From an uncultured bacterium (lineage in GTDB: Bacteria; Chloroflexota; UBA5177; JANWHV01), in assembly GCA_963729625.1 (NCBI GenBank), contig CAVSOU010000010.1, positions 128,001-192,000 of the forward strand: a DNA stretch of 64,000 bases, written 5' to 3'. How positions within the stretch are numbered: position 1 is the first letter of the stretch; the number at the start of each line of letters is the position of its first letter. The notes under the pieces are model-generated. The model worked only from the letters and a program-made list of their open reading frames with translations, ran no database searches and was not told the origin of the DNA. Position numbers and translations under genes: made by a program. Positions 56,833-64,000 of this stretch are shown here, piece by piece.

Positions 56833-59067
56833 ATGGTTCAGCGGCCGATCGCGACGGGTGTCGATGACCTGCTTGCGGTCGCAGGCACGTACCTTCCTCC
56901 GCAGGCGCTTGTCGCGATCCGGAAGGCTTATGATCTGGCTGACCACGCGCACGAAGGCATGGTACGGAAGTCAGGCGAAGCGTACGTTATGCACCCGCTG
57001 GCTGCATCGATGATCGTGGCCAGCATGCATCTCGACGCCACAACGATCGTCGCCGCGCTGCTACACGATGTTGTTGAGGATACGGCGGTATCGCTTCCCG
57101 AGCTCCGGGAGCGGTTCGGCCCCGCAGTAGCGCATATCGTGGACGGCGTCACGAAGTTCGAAGAACTTGGGCGGCGGCAGCGCAACTGGACCGATCAGCA
57201 GCTCAACGCGAGCGATGAGCAGCGCAAGAACCGCGAGCGCGCCGTCAAGCAGCAAGCCGAAAACATCAAGAAGATGTTCCTGGCGATGGCCGAGGATCCC
57301 CGCGTCGTGCTGGTCAAACTTGCCGATCGCCTCCACAACATGTGGACCCTTGATGCGCTACCAGCCGCGAAGCAGCAGCGAATCTCGACGGAGACGCGCG
57401 AGATTTACGCGCCACTCGCCGGTCGCTTAGGCATGGCGCAGATCAAGTGGGAGCTGGAGGATATCGCGTTCCGCTATCTTGAGCCCGAACAGTATGACCG
57501 GCTTGTGGCCGAGCTCGCTACAAGAGGAGCGCAGCGCGAGGAGTATATTGAGCGGGTAACCGCCCTATTGCGCCAGACGCTGCACGAGCACCATATCAAA
57601 GCAGAGGTCAAAGGCAGGGCCAAGCACCTTTACAGCATTTATAAGAAACTTGTCCGATCCGGAGAGTCCGATCTCTCCCACATTTACGATCTCTTCGCGC
57701 TGCGCGTGCTCGTGGACACAAAGAACGAGTGCTACGAGGTGCTCGGTATCGTACATGCCCACTGGCCGCCGTTGCCTGCCCGCTTCAAAGACTACATCGC
57801 AACGCCCAAACCAAACGGGTACAAGTCGCTGCACACGACAGTGATCTGCGAAGAAGGCCGTCCGACCGAAGTGCAGATCAGAACGCACGACATGCACCGC
57901 GAGGCCGAATTCGGCGTGGCTACCCACTGGTACTACAAGGAACAGGGCCTCTCGGCATCGCTGCCGACTGCCCTCACAAGCTGGATTTCGATGCTCAAGA
58001 GCTGGCAAGACGAGCTCAGTCAGAATGCCACCGACTTCGTGGATACAGTCAAGATCGACGTATTCCAGGACCAGGTGTTTGTCTCAAGCCCGAAGGGCGA
58101 CATCATCGATTTGCCTGCCAGGTCGACGCCAGTTGATTTTGCGTACCGCGTGCACACGGAGCTCGGTCACAGGACTATAGGCGCCAAGGTCAACGGAATC
58201 ATGGTGCCTCTTGACCATCGCTTGCAGAATGGCGATCGCGTAGAGATTCTGACTACCAAGACCGCTCACGGACCCAGTCGCGATTGGCTGGACTTCGTGG
58301 CGTCTGCGAGCGCGAGAGAGAAGGTCCGGCAATGGCTTCGGCGCCAGGACCGCGACAAGAACATCGGTCGTGGGCGTGAGCTGGTCGAGCGCGAGCTGAA
58401 CAGGCTTCAGCAGCGCGCCCTTGCCGCGATCACTCCTGACATGCTCGGAACCGTCACCGCAGCCCTGGACTTCCGAACCCCGGACGATCTCTTTGCCGCG
58501 GTCGGATACGGTGCAGTCAGCCCGCAGGGCGTGGTTATGCGCCTGCAGCCTCGGGAAGAAGTGCAACCGCCGCCACCGGCGGAAGTACCGCAAAAGGGGG
58601 ATGTACCCCCTCCTGCGGGTGTGACTGTGATGGGCGTGGGCGACCTGATGATCCGGCTTGCGGGCTGCTGCCAGCCTGCACTAGGCGACCAGATCACCGG
58701 TTATGTAACCCGTAACAGTGGCGTGACCATACATCGCACGTCCTGCGGACACATCGTTAACGAAAAAGAAGTCGCGCGGTTGGTGCCGGTCGAATGGGGC
58801 AAGTGGGTTGACAAGGCGCTCTACAAGGTCGGCATCGTCGTGCGCGCGTGGGACCGGGATGGACTTCTGCGTGATGTGAGCGCCGCGGTGACTGAGGAGC
58901 ACGTTCCAATTACCGGGGCGAAGGTTGACGCGCAGTCCACCGGCTACGCGATGATCCATCTCACAGTGAAGATCACCGACATCGAGCAGCTGAGTCGCGT
59001 GTTTTCCCGCCTTGAACGCGTGCGAAACGTCCAGGAAGTGCGTCGAGACGGGAACTCGCACTCATAG
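56833..59067 (+). CDS. relA: Bifunctional (p)ppGpp synthetase/hydrolase Rel
   Basis: LLHDVVED, KLADRLHN, KDYIATPKPNGYKSLHT, EVQIRT; TGS, ZFD and ACT domains. Confidence 0.97.
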   Translation: MVQRPIATGVDDLLAVAGTYLPPQALVAIRKAYDLADHAHEGMVRKSGEAYVMHPLAASMIVASMHLDATTIVAALLHDVVEDTAVSLPELRERFGPAVAHIVDGVTKFEELGRRQRNWTDQQLNASDEQRKNRERAVKQQAENIKKMFLAMAEDPRVVLVKLADRLHNMWTLDALPAAKQQRISTETREIYAPLAGRLGMAQIKWELEDIAFRYLEPEQYDRLVAELATRGAQREEYIERVTALLRQTLHEHHIKAEVKGRAKHLYSIYKKLVRSGESDLSHIYDLFALRVLVDTKNECYEVLGIVHAHWPPLPARFKDYIATPKPNGYKSLHTTVICEEGRPTEVQIRTHDMHREAEFGVATHWYYKEQGLSASLPTALTSWISMLKSWQDELSQNATDFVDTVKIDVFQDQVFVSSPKGDIIDLPARSTPVDFAYRVHTELGHRTIGAKVNGIMVPLDHRLQNGDRVEILTTKTAHGPSRDWLDFVASASAREKVRQWLRRQDRDKNIGRGRELVERELNRLQQRALAAITPDMLGTVTAALDFRTPDDLFAAVGYGAVSPQGVVMRLQPREEVQPPPPAEVPQKGDVPPPAGVTVMGVGDLMIRLAGCCQPALGDQITGYVTRNSGVTIHRTSCGHIVNEKEVARLVPVEWGKWVDKALYKVGIVVRAWDRDGLLRDVSAAVTEEHVPITGAKVDAQSTGYAMIHLTVKITDIEQLSRVFSRLERVRNVQEVRRDGNSHS

Positions 59068-59172
59068 CCGGGACGCCCGATCCGCGTCGAGTGCGGCGCA
59101 AGGCTGCGGCACGCGGGCTGCGGTTCAGGTACCTGTCGTGGCCCGCGACGGTTGCGTGCTGGAAGGCCTTCA

Positions 59173-59210
59173 AGCGCATAGCGATGCAGCGATGTGTATA
59201 ATGACCCTGG
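59173..59210 (+). promoter_or_regulatory. arg operon promoter (TATAAT) with a candidate ARG box
   Basis: GCATA-GCG-ATGCA ARG-box-like element, followed by a second half-site TGTATA overlapping a perfect TATAAT (59197-59202); argR is in the operon. Confidence 0.6.
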
Positions 59211-59286
59211 CGGCAAGAGCGCGCGCTATCGGTGGGCTCGTGCAGTGATCTGAGTGAGGTTGCACTAGAAGAAGGCGAGACACGCC

Positions 59287-60492
59287 GTGCAAGTCCGCGA
59301 TGCGGATCAGGGCGTTACAGTGCCGTTGGGGTACCGAGCCGGCGCTGTGGCGTGCGGGATCAAGGATGGTAGCGCCAAACCAGATCTCGCTGTGATTGTT
59401 TCCGACGTACCTGCTGCCGCGGCTGCGGTGTTCACGCAGAACAAGGCCGCCGCGGCGCCGATTCACCTCAATCGCGCGCGCATTCAATCGCATCGTGCCT
59501 CTGCGATCGTTGCGAACAGTGGGAACGCCAACGCCTGTACCGGCTCACAGGGTCTTCAGGATGCGCGGACCATGGGCACGCTTGTCGCGGCGAGATTCGG
59601 CGTGCCGGACGAGGACGTCCTTGTGTTCTCGACTGGCGTCATCGGCGTCCCATTGCCGATGGATCGCGTCGAGTCAGGGTTTGCGCGGCTCGACGTTTCG
59701 ACCGTGGGAGGCCAGGATTTCGCTCGCGCGATCATGACTACCGACACGCGCCCGAAGAGCTGCTCGATTGGCCTGGAGATTGACGGTGTGGCGATCAACA
59801 TCGGCGGGGCAGCTAAGGGCGCGGGAATGATTCATCCCAACATGGCAACGCTCTTGGGGTTTCTCACAACTGACGCTCGGATCGAGCCCGAATTCCTCCA
59901 GGCGTCGCTCACTTCAGCCGTGGAGAGATCATTCAACATGATCAGCGTGGATGGCGACACATCGACGAATGACGCAGTCGTGCTACTGGCAAACGGCGCC
60001 GCGGGCGCCGCCTGCATTCACGCGGCACATCCGGAGGCAACGGCGTTCTCGCAGTCACTGACGGCGCTCTGTCTTCACCTTGCGAAGCAACTCGTTTCTG
60101 ATGGCGAGGGTGCGCGAACGCTCGTCGAAGTCCAGGTGGACGGTGCACGCTGCGAGAGTGATGCGCGCGCGATCGCACGCGAGATTTCGAAATCAAACCT
60201 GGTGAAGACGGCGGTCTTTGGCGGCGATCCGAACTGGGGGCGGATCATCTGCGCGGCAGGCTATTCTGGGTGCGATTTCGACGCCGAACAAGCGACGCTG
60301 CACCTGAACGATATGTGCCTCTATGACAAGGGCCTTGGGCTGCAGTATTCACGGGGAAGAGCGTCAAGGCTGCTCAAGGAGCCTACGGTGACGCTTCGCC
60401 TCGATCTCCATCTGGGAGACGGATCGGCAACCGCATGGGGCTGCGACATGAGCTATGACTACGTACGCATCAACGCCGAGTACACGACATGA
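59287..60492 (+). CDS. argJ: Ornithine acetyltransferase / N-acetylglutamate synthase ArgJ
   Basis: NSGNANACTG, STGVIG, AKGAGMIHPNMAT, VDGDTSTND, DPNWGRI, YVRINAEYTT. Confidence 0.97.
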   Translation: MQVRDADQGVTVPLGYRAGAVACGIKDGSAKPDLAVIVSDVPAAAAAVFTQNKAAAAPIHLNRARIQSHRASAIVANSGNANACTGSQGLQDARTMGTLVAARFGVPDEDVLVFSTGVIGVPLPMDRVESGFARLDVSTVGGQDFARAIMTTDTRPKSCSIGLEIDGVAINIGGAAKGAGMIHPNMATLLGFLTTDARIEPEFLQASLTSAVERSFNMISVDGDTSTNDAVVLLANGAAGAACIHAAHPEATAFSQSLTALCLHLAKQLVSDGEGARTLVEVQVDGARCESDARAIAREISKSNLVKTAVFGGDPNWGRIICAAGYSGCDFDAEQATLHLNDMCLYDKGLGLQYSRGRASRLLKEPTVTLRLDLHLGDGSATAWGCDMSYDYVRINAEYTT

Positions 60493-61289
60493 CCGGACCC
60501 GGATCCGGCGGTACTGTCGTTATTAAAGTCGGGGGCGCCGTAGCAGACCTTGATGGCGCGCTTCTCGGCCTTCCCAAGCTTATTAGCTCCGGCTACCGTG
60601 CGGTGGTCGTTCATGGAGGCGGGCAGGAAATCTCCGCGCTGATGGGTAGGCTATCGCTGCCGGTTCGCTTCAAGGATGGCCTGCGCGTGACAGACCCCGA
60701 GTCGATGGAAATCGCCACCATGGTGTTGCGCGGCAAGGTAAGCGTGTCGCTGGTCGGGGCCCTCGTGCGCCACGGCGTGCGCGCCATCGGCCTCTGCGGC
60801 GTGGACGCCGGCATATTGACCGCGCGCCCGCATGCCGACGCCGACCTTGGCTTGGTGGGTGAGGTCGACACCGTGAATCCTGACCTGCTCGACGTTCTCA
60901 TGCGCGATGGCTACGTGCCGCTCCTAGCGCCAATCGCGCTCGACTCGTCGGGTGTGCTTCGCAACATCAACGCTGATAGTGTGGCCGGAGCAGTAGCCGG
61001 AGCGCTTCGTGCAGCAGTCTCGGTATTTCTGACTGACGTGCCAGGAGTGCTGGATGGGCATGGGGCGGTCCTCGCGAGGCTCACACCGGCGCAGGTCACC
61101 GCGCTGGTCGCGGACGGCACGATTCGCGGCGGCATGCTCCCAAAAGTCGGGGCTTGCCTGGCGGCACTGGATAGCGGGGCTCAAGCGTCGTGCATCGCGC
61201 ACGGGCGCGATCGCGAGGTGCTGCGACCGATGCTCAACGGTGGCCTTCCGCGGGGAACGGTTTTCACCGCGCTTGAATTGGGCGCCTAG
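60489..61289 (+). CDS. argB: Acetylglutamate kinase
   Basis: VIKVGG, VHGGG, GLRVTD, NINAD, LTDVPG, GGMLPKV. Confidence 0.96.
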   Translation: MTGPGSGGTVVIKVGGAVADLDGALLGLPKLISSGYRAVVVHGGGQEISALMGRLSLPVRFKDGLRVTDPESMEIATMVLRGKVSVSLVGALVRHGVRAIGLCGVDAGILTARPHADADLGLVGEVDTVNPDLLDVLMRDGYVPLLAPIALDSSGVLRNINADSVAGAVAGALRAAVSVFLTDVPGVLDGHGAVLARLTPAQVTALVADGTIRGGMLPKVGACLAALDSGAQASCIAHGRDREVLRPMLNGGLPRGTVFTALELGA

Positions 61290-61307
61290 AAGGTCGAGGG
61301 AGATGGT

Positions 61308-62489
61308 GTGGCGACGATAGCCGAGCGCGAACGACAGGTCTACATGCCCACTTTTCTGCGCCAGCCAGTGGTGCTTGTGCGCGGCGAGGGGTGCTACGTT
61401 TGGGACGACGCAGGCCACAAGTATCTTGATTTGGTGGCGGGTATCGCCGTCAACGTGCTGGGGCACTGCCATCCTCGGCTGGTGAAGGCTCTGGAAGAGC
61501 AGGCCCGCACGCTGATTCACGTGTCGAATCTCTATTACTCAGCGCCACAAATCGAGCTTGGCGAAATGCTTACGAGACTGACGGGCATGGACCACGTATT
61601 CTTCACGAACAGTGGTTGTGAAGCGAACGAAGGGGCGATCAAGCTGGCGCGGAAGTTCGGCAAGGCCCACAAAGGAGGAGCCTACGCCATTATCACGGCA
61701 GACCACAGTTTCCACGGGCGCACGCTGGCAACCTTGGCCGCCACCGGCCAGGAGAAGTACCAGCGGCCGTTCACCCCGCTGCCTCCGGGTTTCACGCACG
61801 TTCCTTACAACGATCTCGAGGCTCTCCAGGCTGCGACTACCGCCGACACCGTTGCAGTCATGCTCGAGCCGGTTCAGGGCGAGAGCGGCATACATCCTGC
61901 GACCGGAGCATATCTCGCGACTGTGCGCGACTGGTGTGACCGCAATGGACTGCTCCTGATTCTCGACGAAATCCAGAGCGGTATCGGCCGAACAGGGACC
62001 TTCCTCGCCGCCCAGGGCTTCGGCGTCGTACCGGATATCGTCACGCTAGCCAAAGGTATGTGTGGGGGACTGCCTGCTGGCGCGGTGCTGGCGCGCCGGG
62101 CGGTGTCATGTTTTGAGCCGGGTGATCACGGTACGACGCAAGGAGGCAATCCGCTCGTTTGCGCCGCTGGGGTTGCTACGCTCGGGGTGATTCTTGACGA
62201 AGGGTTGATGGAAAATGCAGCCCGCATTGGCGCGGTCTTCCTTGATGGTCTGCAGCAACTGCAGGGAAAGCACGACGTGGTGTCCGCGGTCAGAGGCAGG
62301 GGCCTGATGCTCGCAATCGACCTGAATGGATCGAATGCGGCAGACGCGGTACGGCGGGCGCGCGAGCTAAGGCTTCTGGTCAATAGCACTGGTCCGTCGA
62401 CGATCAGGATGGTTCCCCCTCTCATCCTGAGTGCGTCCCAGGTGAGTGACGCGCTTTCCGTGCTGGACAGTGTCCTTGGTGTGCTATGA
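61308..62489 (+). CDS. argD: Acetylornithine aminotransferase
   Basis: NSGCEANE, SFHGRT, EPVQGESG, DEIQSGIGRTG, HGTTQGGN; operon context. Confidence 0.95.
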   Translation: MATIAERERQVYMPTFLRQPVVLVRGEGCYVWDDAGHKYLDLVAGIAVNVLGHCHPRLVKALEEQARTLIHVSNLYYSAPQIELGEMLTRLTGMDHVFFTNSGCEANEGAIKLARKFGKAHKGGAYAIITADHSFHGRTLATLAATGQEKYQRPFTPLPPGFTHVPYNDLEALQAATTADTVAVMLEPVQGESGIHPATGAYLATVRDWCDRNGLLLILDEIQSGIGRTGTFLAAQGFGVVPDIVTLAKGMCGGLPAGAVLARRAVSCFEPGDHGTTQGGNPLVCAAGVATLGVILDEGLMENAARIGAVFLDGLQQLQGKHDVVSAVRGRGLMLAIDLNGSNAADAVRRARELRLLVNSTGPSTIRMVPPLILSASQVSDALSVLDSVLGVL

Positions 62490-62962
62490 AGGGTGATTCG
62501 AAGCAGGTCCGCCACAGGCTTATCCGGAAGATCGTTGCCGAGGGTGCCATGCACACCCAGGACGATCTCGTCGACGCGCTGAGAAGGCAGGACATCTTCG
62601 TCACGCAAGCAACTGTTTCTCGCGATATGGTGGAGCTTGGCCTGGTGCGCGCGGCGGTCGATGGCCGGGTCGTCTACACATTGCCCGAGTCCGTTTCACC
62701 GAACGACAGTCTTTCGGCACGGCGGAGACTTGCGCATCTTCTCGGCGACGTGCCGCTTGCATTCGGCGACAGTTCACAGCTTCTGGTGGTACGGACGTCG
62801 CCCGGAATGGCCAACATGATATGCGCGACGCTTGATATGTGTGCTTTTCCGGAGGTCGTGGGCACCGTGGCGGGGGACGACACGATCTTCGTCGCGCTTC
62901 GGTCGACCGCCGATCGCGACATTGTCCTCGGCTATCTCACGGACATCCAGGTGATCTCCTGA
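62486..62962 (+). CDS. argR: Arginine repressor
   Basis: TQATVSRD and GTVAGDDTIF. Confidence 0.96.
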   Translation: MKGDSKQVRHRLIRKIVAEGAMHTQDDLVDALRRQDIFVTQATVSRDMVELGLVRAAVDGRVVYTLPESVSPNDSLSARRRLAHLLGDVPLAFGDSSQLLVVRTSPGMANMICATLDMCAFPEVVGTVAGDDTIFVALRSTADRDIVLGYLTDIQVIS

Positions 62963-63062
62963 GATACACTTGTAGGGCCGGCGCTCATGACATCCGACCC
63001 GCCCGGTCGTTGGGACGGCGGAATGACGGCGCGTCAGCGCGCAGCCGGCACACGGGGCGTTT

Positions 63063-64000
63063 GTGAGCAGCAGTGTTGCTTCGGGCTTGGTCGTCACTCT
63101 GCGGGTGCCTGCTACATCCGCCAATCTCGGGCCAGGTTTCGACTGTGTTGCACTGTCGCTGCGGCTGTTCAACCATATCAGTGTCGAAGTGCTGCCGGAG
63201 GACTCCAGATCATCGGTTAGTGTCACCGGGGAAGGCGCGAGTACGCTCGGCACTCAGGATGAGAACCTGGTCCTCATTGCCATGAACAGATTCGCCTCGA
63301 CGCACGGTCGAAGGCTACCTCCAAGCCGGCTCCGCATGCACAACAGGATTCCTCTGGGGCGAGGCCTCGGGAGTAGCGCGGCGGCGATCGCCGGCGGCGT
63401 GATGGCGGCGGCGGTGCTGCTTGGCATGGAGTATCGTCCCGACGTGTTGCTGCCGCTCGGACTGGACATGGAAGGGCATCCAGACAACATTGTCGCGGCA
63501 CTCTGGGGCGGATTCACGATCGGCGTGATCGAAGGCAAGACTTCCGTCGTTCAGCGGATAGTTCCGCCTGCCGATCTGCAAGCGGTGCTGCTGATTCCCG
63601 AAGACTCCTCAAGCACGGCCGAATCGCGCGCGGCGTTGCCGGTCGCGACCACACGAAGCGATGCCATTTTCAATGCAGGACGCGTTGGCCTCCTGGTGTA
63701 CGCTATGTCGCAGAACAGGAGCGATTTGCTTCGCGTGGCCATGGCCGACCGGCTGCATCAACCCTATCGTAGCGAGAAATTCCGCTACCTATTGCCGGCG
63801 ATCGATGCCGCAGTACAGTCTGGGGCCCATGGCGCGTCGCTGAGTGGCGCCGGCTCTTCGGTCATTGCCCTCGCCTCGAGCGGCTTTCAGAGGATCGAGG
63901 CCGCGTTCGCGCGCGTCGCGCACGAACACGGCCTCTCCGCGCGAACGTGCACGGTTCCAATTGATACGGAAGGCGCACGGTTCACCATTGGCCGCGCGCC
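63063..64000 (+). CDS. thrB: Homoserine kinase, 3' end beyond the window
   Basis: Manual translation from GTG 63063: VPATSANLGPGFD, IPLGRGLGSSAAA, EGHPDN, DRLHQPYR, LSGAG. Not in the ORF track. Confidence 0.93.
   Translation, partial: MSSSVASGLVVTLRVPATSANLGPGFDCVALSLRLFNHISVEVLPEDSRSSVSVTGEGASTLGTQDENLVLIAMNRFASTHGRRLPPSRLRMHNRIPLGRGLGSSAAAIAGGVMAAAVLLGMEYRPDVLLPLGLDMEGHPDNIVAALWGGFTIGVIEGKTSVVQRIVPPADLQAVLLIPEDSSSTAESRAALPVATTRSDAIFNAGRVGLLVYAMSQNRSDLLRVAMADRLHQPYRSEKFRYLLPAIDAAVQSGAHGASLSGAGSSVIALASSGFQRIEAAFARVAHEHGLSARTCTVPIDTEGARFTIGRA

Noticed and set aside
62963-63062. Threonine attenuator before thrB
   Set aside because: No Thr/Ile-rich leader peptide, T-box consensus or U-tailed terminator.

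Overview
This is a high-GC bacterial core-genome window, most consistent with a Chloroflexota organism. That is inferred from the rplI-dnaB-dnaD-dnaC block, the EF-P loop KMGRG, a GAAC-N4-GTTC SOS box, a T-box leader, MurT/GatD and an FtsA-like plus baseplate-J-like gene pair. In order it contains: a partial thioredoxin, a CPBP protease, an 8-gene ABC/MoxR/DUF58/VWA operon, a secreted triple-repeat serine protease, an aminotransferase/oxidoreductase pair, replication genes, secDF, xseAB, an accB-like gene, efp, mltG, ruvX, a cell-envelope cluster, an S41 protease, frameshifted prfB, secA, murT-gatD, rpe, ispH, a degenerate RecQ-like gene, a trkA-like gene, T-box-controlled cysE, cinA-recA, a Ser/Thr kinase with tandem repeats, dprA, recJ, rel, argJBDR and partial thrB. 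I saw no mobile elements, tRNA/rRNA genes or CRISPR arrays. The best candidate for an undescribed system is a 147-codon ORF just upstream of secD. It has a signal-peptide-like N-terminus, ends in QRIRAP-stop, and is followed 2 nt later by an anti-SD arm that can pair with the secD ribosome-binding site. This is the layout of a secretion-monitoring ribosome-arrest peptide, here with a RAP-stop motif. All calls come from motif recognition by eye; no searches or folding programs were run.
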